Source: an uncultured Candidatus Rokubacteria bacterium
GTDB taxonomy: Bacteria; Methylomirabilota; Methylomirabilia; Rokubacteriales; DASRDR01
Direction: 5' to 3'
DNA: 64,000 nt
Assembly: GCA_963805625.1 (NCBI GenBank)
Contig: CAWDVE010000010.1
Coordinates: forward strand, 1,568,001-1,632,000
Shown: positions 40,234-50,355 of the stretch, piece after piece
How positions within the stretch are numbered: position 1 is the first letter of the stretch
How the letters are laid out: each line of letters opens with the position of its first letter
Made by a program: the position numbers and the translations under genes
Notes under the pieces: generated by a model
What the model was told of the DNA's origin: nothing
Seen by the model: the letters and a program-made list of their open reading frames with translations, nothing else
Databases searched by the model: none

Positions 40234-40879
40234 GGGACCTCCTTTGGTGACGGATCGGAGCGTTCTTAGCCCCGCAGCATAGCATGGTCACCGGTCCCCG
40301 GGTCCGGGGCCTTGCACCCTCGGCCGGCACCTCCGACGACACGCGCCACCGACTGGATCGAAGCCACCGGAGCGCCCCGAGCGGGGCCAACTAGGGCCCC
40401 GGTCACCGACCACCACTCCCGGAACCTCGAGCGACCAGCACCGGTTCCCGTCGGCCAGGCTTCTCAGCCAGCGGTCAAGGCGATGCGGGCCGCCACGGTC
40501 CGGGTCTCCGCACCCAGCCGGGTATGGACCCGCCCCGTCGGAAACGAGCCGCACCACGAGCCGCGCCGCCCCTCCCGCACGACGAGCGTCTGGCCCGGGT
40601 GCGGCACGTCATCGACCGGCCGCAAGGCCTTCTCCTCGCGTCGCACCCACTGGCGTAGCGTCGATGGGGAGCTGACCGGGACCCGGCCGGCGTCCGGAAA
40701 AGGAGCGGCCGAGCCCATCGACGCCGTGGTCCAGCCCGAGGTCCCGGCGCAGCTCCGTCATCGCGTCCGCGGCCCGGTAGGCCTGGATCAGGTAGTGGCG
40801 GGGAGCCTGATCGACATCTGGTGCTCGAGCTCGAGCCGCCGTCGGGCCCCGAACGGACCCACGCAGAAGCCCGGAGCCG

Positions 40880-42253
40880 TTAGCCGAAGGGGAGGAGGAG
40901 CTTCGTCAGAGTCGCGCGAACCTCGTCAGGCGTCGTCACCCCGACGGCCTGCACGATGCCCTTCTTGTCGACCACGACGTTGTGGGGCACCCCACGGAGA
41001 CCGAGCCGGGTGATGTACTCCCCGGTCTCGTCGATGAGCACCGTGCCCTGGATGTTGTGGATCTTGCAGAAATGGAGGGCTTCCTGTCGTGGATTAACGT
41101 GTTCCCACACGTTGACCATGACGATTTCGAGCCCGAACTTCGCGGCCCGACGACGCACCTCCTCGAGTAGCGGAGCCTCCGCGTTGCAGGGTCCTCACCA
41201 GCTGGCGAAGAAGTTCAGGATGAACTTCTTTCCCCGATACTCCTCCGACGTGCGCGGTCGCCCGTCCACCATGTCTGGCAAGCTGAACGACGGGAGAGGC
41301 TTTCCGATCAGGGGATGCCGCCACTGGCTCGGAAGCTCGGCGGGCTCACCGTCCAGCCGATCCTGGAAGACGCTGACCGTGCTGGTGCCCGCGTCCGAGA
41401 CGTACACCGTGCCCGACTGCTGGTCGACCGCCAGGTCCCCGGGAGCCTTGCCGACCGGAACCCGCGCCCATTCCCGGCCGCTCTGGCGGTCGATCACGCT
41501 CACCCGCCCTGTCCCCCGGTTGGCCGCGTAGATGCGGTCGCCCTGGCGCCCCAGCCCCATGCCCACCGGGGCGCGCTCCACGGTGAGCGTCTCCACGACC
41601 TCCTGCTTGTCCAGGTCCACGACCGCCACCGTGCTGACCAGCGAGTTCGCGATGTAGGCGCGCCCCCGCACCGCGTCGACGGCGATCTTGCAGGGCGCGT
41701 AGTCCAGCTTGATCTCGCCGATGGGTTCGTTCGACTCGCCGTCGATGACGGTCATCGAGGCGTCGCCGAAGTTCACGCAGTAGACACGGTCCCGCACCGG
41801 GTCGGCACCGAGGCTGCCCGCCGCCATCTTGGCCGGAACGGTCGCGATGACCTCGAGCCGGTCGGCGTCGATGACGCTCACGGTGTTGTCGGCCGTGTTC
41901 CCCACGTAGACCTTGCGGCGCTCCGGATAGAAGCCCGCCCCGGCGGGGTAGTGCTGGACGGGGATCTGCTTGACCGTCTTGAGGGTCGCCGTGTCGATAA
42001 CCGATACGACGTCGGAGCGTGCGTCGGTCGTGAACACGTGGCCGCCCTGCTTGTCGTGCACGAGGCCAATCGGCTCACGGCCCACCGGCACCTGGGTCAC
42101 GACCTCGCGCGAGTCGAGGTCGAACACGGCGACGCTGTCGCTTCGCGCGCACGCCACGTACCCGCGCCGGCCATCGCCGTCGACGGCGATGCCCTCGGGG
42201 CCATAGCCGACGGGAATCGCGCCCTGCGCGGGGAAGCTATCCGACGTCCCCAT
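40880..42253 (-). CDS. YVTN/YncE beta-propeller fused to a TlpA/ResA-like redoxin; selenoprotein (UxxC), about 457 aa with TGA read-through at 41197-41195
   Basis: repeated YV.N...VSVID blades, then PSFSLPD..G..FILNFFASW-TGA-GPCNAEAPLL...GVPHNVVVDKKG; GAGGAG RBS. Confidence 0.88.
41170..41197 (-). other. Sec codon plus candidate SECIS
   Basis: TGA ggaccctgcaac GCGGA-GGC-TCCGC. Confidence 0.65.
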
Positions 42254-42407
42254 GTGCTCTCCTCGCGAAACGAAACTGTCGATGCTAGGTGAAGAGTGCC
42301 GATGTTCCAGGCCCGGAGCCCGGCACACTATGCCCGATCACCCCTGGCATCGCAAGGTATTCCCCTCCACACCTCGCAGGGGGGACCCGGCGCGTGGCGG
42401 CCACCGG

Positions 42408-43388
42408 TCACGCCTGCCCCGTCCCGCCCGCAGAATCCGCAAGCGGGAGGCGACGACGACGGGCCAGGCCCCGCAGGCGCGTTGTCGCCTCGACCAGCCC
42501 GCCGGGAAGGAGGAGCACGATCGCGATGAACAGCACCCCGAAGATGAGCAGGTGCAGATCGACCCAGCGCAGCGCCAGGTACTCCCGCAGGAAAACGAAC
42601 AGGGCCGCGCCGAGGACCGGCCCGTGCACCGTACCCACTCCCCCGATGAAGGTGATCAGCACGGCGTCGAAGGTCCACGTCGGGCTGAACGCGTGCTGCG
42701 GGTAGTAGCTGATGTGATAGAAGGCGAACAGCCCCCCGGCGAGCCCGGCGAGGCCCGTGGACACGGCCACGGCGGCGAGCTTGACCCGGAAGGCCCCCAC
42801 GCCCGAAGCCTCGGCGGCCATCTCGTCTTCCCGGATGGCCTCCATGGCGAGCCCGAGCCGCGAGGCGGCCAGCCACGCCACGGCCAGCGTCGTCCCCACC
42901 GCGAGCGCGGCCGCGGCGTAGTAACGGTCCGAAAGTCGATAGGCCGCGATGGCCCCCGCCGGCAGCGTGGAGATCTCGGGGAGCACGTTGCCCACCGCGA
43001 TCCGGAGCACCTCGGCGAGTGCCAGGGTTCCGATCGCGAAGTAGGCGCCGCGCAGCCGGAACGCCGCGAGCCCCACGGCGACGCCCGCCACCGTGGCGAG
43101 CGCAACCCCCGCCGCCATCGCGATGGGGATCGTCACGCCACCCGTCCACAGATGGCGCGTCGCCAGGGCGCCGAGCCCGAAGAAGGCGGCGTGCCCGAGG
43201 TTCACCTGGCCCGCCTGCCCGCCCATGACGTTCCAGCTCTGGGCGAGCGCCACCAGGAGGAAGAACACCACTCCCAGGTTGAGCCAGTCCTCGCGGGCGA
43301 CAGCGAGCGGGGCGAGCCCGAGGAAAGCCAGCGCCACGGCCGTCCACACGGCGCGGCCGACCCCGACGCGGCGCCAACCGCCGATCAC
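42408..43388 (-). CDS. branched-chain amino acid ABC permease (LivM family)
   Basis: GQVNLGHAAFFG, RLRGAYFAI, AIREDE, IGGVGTV.GP. Confidence 0.93.
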   Translation of the reverse strand: MIGGWRRVGVGRAVWTAVALAFLGLAPLAVAREDWLNLGVVFFLLVALAQSWNVMGGQAGQVNLGHAAFFGLGALATRHLWTGGVTIPIAMAAGVALATVAGVAVGLAAFRLRGAYFAIGTLALAEVLRIAVGNVLPEISTLPAGAIAAYRLSDRYYAAAALAVGTTLAVAWLAASRLGLAMEAIREDEMAAEASGVGAFRVKLAAVAVSTGLAGLAGGLFAFYHISYYPQHAFSPTWTFDAVLITFIGGVGTVHGPVLGAALFVFLREYLALRWVDLHLLIFGVLFIAIVLLLPGGLVEATTRLRGLARRRRLPLADSAGGTGQA

Positions 43389-44107
43389 ACCCGCCCCCCG
43401 GCGAAGGCGCCGTCAGAAATCCGCCGCGGCGGCGCGGGGTCCGCGTGGCGGTGCAGGATCTTTCCGGCCGGCGTCACCCGCGGCGCCTGTCGCTCGACCT
43501 GCAAGAGCCCGAGACTCCGCCACTCGAGCTCCATGACCCGCTCCACCCCGGAGCCGCGTCCGAGCGCCGTCAGGAACGCATCGGCGACGCGGACGGGGTC
43601 GATGGGCCCAAGCCTCGGGTGCACCAGCAGCCGGAGACGAGGCTGCCCGTCCGACGCCTGGTCCTCGACGAGCTGATAGTCCGTCGGGGAGCCGCCGAAC
43701 CGGCCGGGTAGCACCTCCTCGAGCACCTGGATGACCTCCGAGTCCACGAAGTTCATGCCGCCCGCCGTCAGCTTCTCGTAGCTCCGGATCGTGCGCAGGT
43801 GCGTCGACCATCCGAAGGTCTCCATGGCGCAGCTACACGCCCGTCGCCTCAGGATGGCGCGGTCGCCCAGCGACACGTTCAAGACGACGAAGGGGGCCGT
43901 GGGGCGCAGCGCCGAGACGAGCAGCGCCCCGGGCGGAATCCCCGGCGCCCGCCCCTGGCCGGCCTGGACCAATGCGTGGAGATCGTCATAGAGGTGGGTG
44001 GGGTGGCGGAGAAGCCGGGGCACCTCCAGGAAGAAGCGCGTCCCGATGAGCGCCTCCGCGCGCAGGCCACCCACGGTCAGCTCGACGGGACCCCTGCCGC
44101 CGGTCAC
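43385..44107 (-). CDS. C-terminal portion of a phenylacetate-CoA ligase-like protein, apparently internally deleted
   Basis: NVSLGD...CSC...IRSYEKLTAGG...DYQLVE...T.AGK; no ATP-binding P-loop; GTGA overlaps at both ends. Confidence 0.62.
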   Translation of the reverse strand: MTGGRGPVELTVGGLRAEALIGTRFFLEVPRLLRHPTHLYDDLHALVQAGQGRAPGIPPGALLVSALRPTAPFVVLNVSLGDRAILRRRACSCAMETFGWSTHLRTIRSYEKLTAGGMNFVDSEVIQVLEEVLPGRFGGSPTDYQLVEDQASDGQPRLRLLVHPRLGPIDPVRVADAFLTALGRGSGVERVMELEWRSLGLLQVERQAPRVTPAGKILHRHADPAPPRRISDGAFAGGRV

Positions 44108-44976
44108 GAACGTCCGAAGAGGCCCTGTGGACGCGCCACCAGGACGCAGAAGAAGAGAAGCAGGCCCACCACCTCGCGGTATGCCCCTCCGAACACCACG
44201 GCGCTGAGCGCCTCGGCACACCCGAGCACGACGCCGCCCACGAACGTGCCGAGGGCGGACCCGAGTCCGGCCAGCACGATCACGATCAGCGCCTTGAGGG
44301 TCCACTCGAGACCGATGGACGGGCTGATCGAATAGCCCAGGCTGACGAGGGTACCGGCCGCACCGGCCAGGGCGGTGCCGATGGCAAAGGCGAGCCCGTA
44401 GGCGCGGCGCACGTCGATCCCGAGCAGGCTCGCCGCTTCCCAGTCCTCGGCCGTCGCGCGGATCGCCTGCCCCCAGCGGGCCCATCGGAGGAAGGCGTGC
44501 AGGAGGGCGATCAGCGCGAGGGCGACGAGGAGACTCAGGAGGCGCCCCAGCGGCACCACGACGCCCCCGAGCGCGAGGGCGCGGCCGCGGTATGCGGTCG
44601 TGATCGACCGCTCATCCGCCGTGAACAGCCGGACGGCCAGCGCCTGGAGGGTGAGGGCAAGCCCGAAACCGACCAGGAGCGAGTTCTTGATCCGCGTCTC
44701 CTCGCCGTGGCGCACGATGAACCGGAACACACCGCCGTAGAGGAGGGCGCCCAGCCCCCCCGCCAGCGGGATGACCAGCAGCAGCGCCACGAATGGGTCC
44801 AGCCCGAGGATCGCGACCAGCCCGAATGCGGCGTATCCGCCCAGCATGATCAGCTCGCCGTGGGCCACGTTGAGGACTCGCAGGACGCCGAACACGAGCG
44901 AGAGCCCCGCAGCCGCCAGTCCGTAGAGCCCTCCCAGCAGAACGCCCAGGACCAGTTGCTGCGCGAGCGCGGTCAC
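44104..44976 (-). CDS. branched-chain amino acid ABC permease (LivH family)
   Basis: GLSLVFGVLRVLNVAHG, GQAIRA, VLAGLGS. Confidence 0.93.
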   Translation of the reverse strand: MTALAQQLVLGVLLGGLYGLAAAGLSLVFGVLRVLNVAHGELIMLGGYAAFGLVAILGLDPFVALLLVIPLAGGLGALLYGGVFRFIVRHGEETRIKNSLLVGFGLALTLQALAVRLFTADERSITTAYRGRALALGGVVVPLGRLLSLLVALALIALLHAFLRWARWGQAIRATAEDWEAASLLGIDVRRAYGLAFAIGTALAGAAGTLVSLGYSISPSIGLEWTLKALIVIVLAGLGSALGTFVGGVVLGCAEALSAVVFGGAYREVVGLLLFFCVLVARPQGLFGRS

Positions 44977-44989
44977 GCCGACCTCGCCG

Positions 44990-45709
44990 TCACGGCTCGA
45001 CCGCCAGCGGCCCGAGATAGGCCCGCCGAACCTCGGGATCGGCCAGGACCTCCGCGCCTCGGCCCTGCCCCACCACTCGACCGTGCTCGAGCAGGTAGGC
45101 GCGGTGCGCCAGGTCGAGCGCAGCCCTGACGTTCTGCTCGACGAGGAAGACCGCCACCCCCGCCCGGTTGATCTCCAGAAGCACGGCGAGCAGCGACTCC
45201 ACCACGCGCGGTGCGAGCCCGAGCGAGGGCTCGTCCAGCATCAGGAGGCTCGGCCGGGTCATGAGCGCCCGTCCGATGGCGACCATCTGCTGCTCGCCGC
45301 CCGACAGAGCGCCCGCCAGCTGGCGGCGTCGCTCGGCCAGCCGCGGGAAGATCTGGTAAACGCGCTCGAGCGTCGCCTGACGCTCGGGACGCGCCCGTGG
45401 AGTGAAGGCCCCGAGCGCGAGGTTCTCCTCGACTGTCATGTGGCCGAAGAGCCGCCGGCCCTCGGGCACCATCGCCACGCCGCGCTCGACCACCCGATGC
45501 GGCCCGAGCCCGCCGAGATCCTGGCCCTGCCAGAGGACGCGACCCGCGCGTGGCCGGGTCAGCCCGGCGATGCAGCGGAGGAGCGTGGTCTTCCCCGCGC
45601 CGTTGGACCCGACGAGCGCCACGATCTCGTCCGAGCCGACCTGGACGCCGACCCCGACGAGGGCGCGAAGCTCCCCGTATGCCGCGTCGAGATCCTGCAC
45701 CTCAAGCAT
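44990..45709 (-). CDS. ABC ATP-binding protein (LivF family)
   Basis: GSNGAGKT, LSGGEQQM, LDEPSLGLAP. Confidence 0.95.
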   Translation of the reverse strand: MLEVQDLDAAYGELRALVGVGVQVGSDEIVALVGSNGAGKTTLLRCIAGLTRPRAGRVLWQGQDLGGLGPHRVVERGVAMVPEGRRLFGHMTVEENLALGAFTPRARPERQATLERVYQIFPRLAERRRQLAGALSGGEQQMVAIGRALMTRPSLLMLDEPSLGLAPRVVESLLAVLLEINRAGVAVFLVEQNVRAALDLAHRAYLLEHGRVVGQGRGAEVLADPEVRRAYLGPLAVEP

Positions 45710-46469
45710 CTGCCCGGCTCCCGGCGCCCTTCCCGCTTCCGCCGCCCCCCAGATAGGCGTCGATGACGGCCGGATCGACGGCGACGGCGGTCGGCGCCCC
45801 GTCGGCGATCTTCTCGCCCGCGCTCAGGACCACGATCCGGTCGGAGAGGTCGAGAAGGGCCCACACGATGTGCTCCACGATCAGGAGGGTCGTCCCCTCG
45901 CCGCGGACGCGCCGGATGACCGCCATCGCGTCGGCGGTCTCGGCAGGGGTCAGCCCGGCCATGAACTCATCGAGCAGGAGGAGCTCGGCTCCGGTAGCGA
46001 GCGCGCGGGCCAGCTCGAGCCGCCGCCGCTCGATGAGGCTCAGGCGCGTGGCCATGAGGTGCGCCTTCGCGTCGAGCCCAACCAGGGCCAGGAAGCGCGC
46101 GGCTGCGCGCTCGGAGTCGCGCCCGGTGGCTCGCAGGCGGCCATGCAAGAGACCCACGAGGACGTTGTCGATCACGCTGAGGCCCGGGAACGGACGCGAG
46201 TGCTGGAAGGTTCGCCCGACCCCGTGCGCGCAGCGCCGGTGCGGCGGCAGCCGGGTGACGTCCCGGCCCCGCAGGCGGATGCGTCCGCTGTCGGGACGGA
46301 ACATCCCCGCGATCAGGTTGAAGAGCGTCGTCTTGCCGGAGCCATTCGGCCCCATGATGCCGACGACGGTGCCCGCCGGGACGTCGAGGCTCACGCCCCA
46401 AACTGCCTGCACGCCCGCGAAGGCTTTCGAGACGCCTTCGAGGGCGAGCAGGGGCTCGGCGCGCGTCAC
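45702..46469 (-). CDS. ABC ATP-binding protein (LivG family)
   Basis: GPNGSGKT, RTFQ, LLDE, VEH, AYLG. Confidence 0.94.
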   Translation of the reverse strand: MTRAEPLLALEGVSKAFAGVQAVWGVSLDVPAGTVVGIMGPNGSGKTTLFNLIAGMFRPDSGRIRLRGRDVTRLPPHRRCAHGVGRTFQHSRPFPGLSVIDNVLVGLLHGRLRATGRDSERAAARFLALVGLDAKAHLMATRLSLIERRRLELARALATGAELLLLDEFMAGLTPAETADAMAVIRRVRGEGTTLLIVEHIVWALLDLSDRIVVLSAGEKIADGAPTAVAVDPAVIDAYLGGGGSGKGAGSRADA

Positions 46470-46494
46470 GCGCGGCTCAGTCGTCGGCCGCGGC

Positions 46495-47697
46495 TCAGCG
46501 CTTGGAATAGGGCGGGGCCGGGTAGGCCAGCGGCTGCGTGGCGAACTCCTTCGGCCAGACCAGCTCCTGCTGACCGTTGAGCCACTGAAGGAACGCTCCC
46601 TGCACGACCCCCGTACCGTCGGCACGGAACTTCACCGGCCCGACCACGGTCATCATGTCGGTGGCGGCGATGGCGTCTCGCACCTTCTCCCGGTCCAGGG
46701 CACCGGTCTTGGTGAGCGCCGCCGTCAGGATCTGTACGCACGCGTACGACGGGCCGGTGATCGGGTCCGAGGGGCGCCCGATCTTCTTGACGTGCGCCGC
46801 ATTCAGCTCGGTCACGCCCGGATACTTGAACGCGTGGTGCCAGCCCGGGGCGAACACGACATAGTCACCGTCCTTGCCGAGGTTCTTCGACCAAACGGGC
46901 GCATCGGGCGCCCGGATCATGAGCGCCAGCTTGGGGTTGAAATCGAGCTCGTGCATCTGCTTAACGATCGCCATGCCGTCCGGCGGGGTCGGGAGCGCGA
47001 AGACGGCGTCGGCTTGGGCCGCCTTGGCCTTGAGGATCAGATCCGAGTAATCCTTCGCGCCCGGCGCATACTCACCCTGAGCGACCACCTCATAGCCGGC
47101 GCCCTTCCCGGCCTCTGCCCACGCCCCGGCCATCTCCCGGCCCCAGTCGGTCTTCTCGAGGAAGAGCGCGACCTTCTTGGGGCGGTCGGAGGCCGGAATC
47201 GAGGTCAGCATCGGCACCAGTTGCTGGCCGATGTCCGGCGACTTCCAGAACGGGGAGAAGAGGTATCGGAACCCCTGCTGGTGGATCTTGTGAAGGGCGA
47301 AGGCCACGCCCAGATACGGGATCTTGTTCTTCTCGGCCGCCGAAGCCGCCGCCGCGTGGAGATCCGACCCGAACGTGCCCAGGTACGCCACGACGCCCTG
47401 CGTGGCTAGGCTCTCGTAGCGGGCCACCGTCTTCGTCGCGTCGGACTCGTCGTCCAGGATCACGAGCTCGAGCGGCATCTTCGCCCCGCCCACGGTGACG
47501 CCCCCCGCCCGGTTCACGTCCTCGATCGCGAGCTCGTAACCGACCCGCACTTGGGCGCCCGGGGCCGCGTACCGCCCCGTCAGCGGCACGACCGCTCCGA
47601 CCTTGATCGTCTGGGCGGCCGCCGCCGCCGGCCAGGCGAGCCAACCGGTCACGAGCATCGCCGCGAGCCCACTCAGGACCCATCCTCGTCGCGTCAT
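46495..47697 (-). CDS. branched-chain amino acid ABC substrate-binding protein
   Basis: signal peptide, IKVGAVVPLTG, DDESD; ATGA overlap with the regulator. Confidence 0.93.
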   Translation of the reverse strand: MTRRGWVLSGLAAMLVTGWLAWPAAAAAQTIKVGAVVPLTGRYAAPGAQVRVGYELAIEDVNRAGGVTVGGAKMPLELVILDDESDATKTVARYESLATQGVVAYLGTFGSDLHAAAASAAEKNKIPYLGVAFALHKIHQQGFRYLFSPFWKSPDIGQQLVPMLTSIPASDRPKKVALFLEKTDWGREMAGAWAEAGKGAGYEVVAQGEYAPGAKDYSDLILKAKAAQADAVFALPTPPDGMAIVKQMHELDFNPKLALMIRAPDAPVWSKNLGKDGDYVVFAPGWHHAFKYPGVTELNAAHVKKIGRPSDPITGPSYACVQILTAALTKTGALDREKVRDAIAATDMMTVVGPVKFRADGTGVVQGAFLQWLNGQQELVWPKEFATQPLAYPAPPYSKR

Positions 47698-48359
47698 TGC
47701 GCCCCTCCCTTTCGATGAGAGCCCCTGGCCAAACGGCGCCGCACCGAGCGCCCGTGCGGCGGGCGCTCCGAGCCGACGCTGGCTCCCGGCTCGTCGGGCC
47801 GTGCCTCGTAGAAGGTGACGTTCAAGAAGCCCGGAGGCGTCCGGGCAACCAAGAGCCGGGCGACCTCGGGACCGTGATTCTCGATCCGGTGGGGCAAGCT
47901 GCCGTCCCAGTGGAAGCTGTCCCCGCGCGCCAGCACGAACCGCTGGTCTCCCTGGACGGCGGTGATGGTGCCCTCGAGCACCCAGTGACACTCCTCCCCC
48001 TCGTGCGAGTGCGTGCGTCCCCCCGCCGTGTAGCCCGACGGGATCTCGAGCAAGAGCATCTCGAGGCTCCGGTTCGGGGCCGAGAGGAAGAACACGAGCT
48101 TGTCCGGCTCCCCGAACGAGACGGCCCGGCGCTCGGCTCGACGGGTGACGTGGCATCCGAAGGCCTCCTCGAGGAAGAGGTACGTCAGCGGGACGCCCAG
48201 CGCCTGGGCGAGCTTCTGGACGGTCTGGAGCGAGGGCGAGGCCTTCCCCGTCTCCACCTGGCTGATGTAGGGCTTGGAGAGACCGCACTTGCGCGCAAGA
48301 TCCTCGATGATCATCCCGCGCCGGACTCGAAGCTCCCGCACCCTGCGCCCCACGTCCAC
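47694..48359 (-). CDS. XRE-family HTH plus cupin transcriptional regulator
   Basis: SQVETGKASPS HTH; HEGEE..VLEG...GDS...PH cupin. Confidence 0.93.
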   Translation of the reverse strand: MDVGRRVRELRVRRGMIIEDLARKCGLSKPYISQVETGKASPSLQTVQKLAQALGVPLTYLFLEEAFGCHVTRRAERRAVSFGEPDKLVFFLSAPNRSLEMLLLEIPSGYTAGGRTHSHEGEECHWVLEGTITAVQGDQRFVLARGDSFHWDGSLPHRIENHGPEVARLLVARTPPGFLNVTFYEARPDEPGASVGSERPPHGRSVRRRLARGSHRKGGAQ

Positions 48360-48452
48360 CGCTCTTCCTCGCGCTCCTTTCGCCGGGCTATGCTGTGCGT
48401 CGAGCGTGAAGAAGGGCCCGACCGCTTGACAGATTCGACCGAATGGTGTTTG

Positions 48453-48482
48453 ACACTAGCGAACCAAGCTTGCTGCTGTCAA
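48453..48482 (-). promoter_or_regulatory. sigma70-type promoter for the regulator/liv operon
   Basis: TTGACA-N18-TAGTGT on the minus strand; overlaps plus-strand TTGACA boxes. Confidence 0.55.
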
Positions 48483-48585
48483 CACGCCCGCCGGGCGTCC
48501 CGGTCGGCCGGGTCCGCCGGATCGCCCGGACATCGGCGGCCTGCGCCGGCCCTGCCGGCCGTCTCCCCAGGGAGGATCGACGACC

Positions 48586-49026
48586 ATGCCCGCGCCGGAG
48601 CTGCCTGGATCGCTTCCACCGCACGCCATCTCCGAGGCCGAGCTGGCCGCCATGCGCGCCCCGTACGAGACCCTCATCGGCTTCGTCCCGCCCCGGATCA
48701 TGGCGCGGACGGACCTCCTGGCCCGGCTGGACCCGGATCTCCTCCGGCTCGAGGAGGCGGCCCGGCTCCGCGCCATGTACCCCACGTGCTTCGACGTGAA
48801 GACGTCGCAGCTCATGCTGTTCGGCATTCTCCTCGCCTTGATGGGGGACGCGGCGCGGCTCCACGCGATCGCCGCCCGGCGCGCAGGCGCCTCGTGGGAG
48901 GAGCTGTCGGCCGTCGTCAGCCTCGCGTTCCTCTTCCGGGGCCTCCCGGCCGCGAACCTCGGAGCCGAGATCATCCAGAAGCTGGCCGAGGCCGAGCGCG
49001 GCGCCCCGGCACCCTCGAAGCCGTGA
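48586..49026 (+). CDS. carboxymuconolactone decarboxylase family protein without CxxC
   Basis: D.KT.QL...LHA.AARRAGASWEEL; GGAGGA RBS. Confidence 0.85.
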   Translation: MPAPELPGSLPPHAISEAELAAMRAPYETLIGFVPPRIMARTDLLARLDPDLLRLEEAARLRAMYPTCFDVKTSQLMLFGILLALMGDAARLHAIAARRAGASWEELSAVVSLAFLFRGLPAANLGAEIIQKLAEAERGAPAPSKP

Positions 49027-49081
49027 CGGCGTGCGCGGGCCGAGCAGAGCTCCTCTCCGCGCGACGCCAGGAGGTCCCGCG

Positions 49082-50182
49082 ATGACCACGCCATACCGCG
49101 CCGATCAGGTCGGCAGCTTCCTCCGCCCAGCCGCACTCCTCCAGGCGCGGAGCGACCCCGCGACCCGGCCCGAGCACCTGCGAGAGCTGGAGGACCGGGC
49201 GATCCTCGAAGCCCTGACCCACCAGCGCGAGCTCGGGTTCGAGATCTTCACCGACGGGGAGCTCCGTCGCACGAACTTCATGAGCGACTTCTGGGACGCG
49301 GTGGCCGGCCTCGACCACGGCGACGCCGTCGCCCGGATGTGGCAGGTGGGCGGCACTGCATCGGCCCACGTGAGCAGCGTCACCGGCATCGTGACGCAGA
49401 AGCTGCGGCAGCTCCGACGGCTCACCGCGCACGAGCTCCCGTTCATGAAGCAGCACAGCCCCGGCGCGATCAAGGTCACCCTGCCCAGCGCGACCCAGTT
49501 CCCGGCGATCGCGTACAAGCGAGGCATCTCCGACCGCGTCTACGCGAGCCCCTCCGAGTTCCTCTGGGACGTCGTGGCGATCCTGAAGGCCGAGGTGCGG
49601 GCCCTCGTCGAGGAGGGCGTCTCGTACGTCCAGATCGATGCGCCGCGGTACAGCTACTACATGGACCCGAAGTGGCGCGACTGGATCCGCACCGAGATGG
49701 GGCAGGACCCGGACGCGGCGCTCGACGAGGCGGTCCGCGCGGACAACGCCTGCCTCGAAGGGGCGCGCCGGCCCGGCGTGACGCTGGCCATCCATCTCTG
49801 CCGCGGCAACAACCGGAGCCACTGGTATGCCGAGGGCGGCTACGACCCCATCGCCGAGAAGCTCTTCACCTCTCTCCAGGTGGACCGCTTCCTCCTCGAG
49901 TACGACGACGCACGCTCCGGGACCTTCGAGCCGCTCCGGTTCGTGCCCCGGGGGAAAGCGGTCGTGCTCGGCCTGGTCTCGAGCAAGCTGCCCGCGCTCG
50001 AGTCGCCCGCCGAGCTCCGCCAGCGCATCGAGGCCGCGGCGCGCCACGTCCCCCTGGACGACCTCGCGCTCTCGCCGCAGTGCGGCTTCGCCTCGACGAT
50101 GGAGGGCAATCTCCTCACTGAGGCCGACCAGTGGGCAAAGCTCGGCCTGGTCGTGCAGGTCGCCCGGAAGGTCTGGCGCTGA
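49082..50182 (+). CDS. cobalamin-independent methionine synthase II family protein (YxjG/YxjH-like)
   Basis: DQVGSFLRP, TDGELRR, Zn ligands IHLCRGN, LLEYD, SPQCGF. Confidence 0.92.
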   Translation: MTTPYRADQVGSFLRPAALLQARSDPATRPEHLRELEDRAILEALTHQRELGFEIFTDGELRRTNFMSDFWDAVAGLDHGDAVARMWQVGGTASAHVSSVTGIVTQKLRQLRRLTAHELPFMKQHSPGAIKVTLPSATQFPAIAYKRGISDRVYASPSEFLWDVVAILKAEVRALVEEGVSYVQIDAPRYSYYMDPKWRDWIRTEMGQDPDAALDEAVRADNACLEGARRPGVTLAIHLCRGNNRSHWYAEGGYDPIAEKLFTSLQVDRFLLEYDDARSGTFEPLRFVPRGKAVVLGLVSSKLPALESPAELRQRIEAAARHVPLDDLALSPQCGFASTMEGNLLTEADQWAKLGLVVQVARKVWR

Positions 50183-50355
50183 GCCGGCGCCCGGACAGTG
50201 ACGCCCGGAGACGCGGCGCGATCGGCGTGAGTGGCCTCCACGTTCGCGGGGCCCGGCGGGGAGCCCCTTCCCGCCATCGGGGCCTTGGTGCGAGGATGGA
50301 CGCGTAGGAGCCCATCGGGCTCCCGGGGGAGCCGCCTGACGCCGGCGCGACGACG

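Noticed and set aside
48586-49026. Third CMD/AhpD-family gene as a selenoprotein
   Set aside because: No CxxC/CxxU motif and no internal TGA
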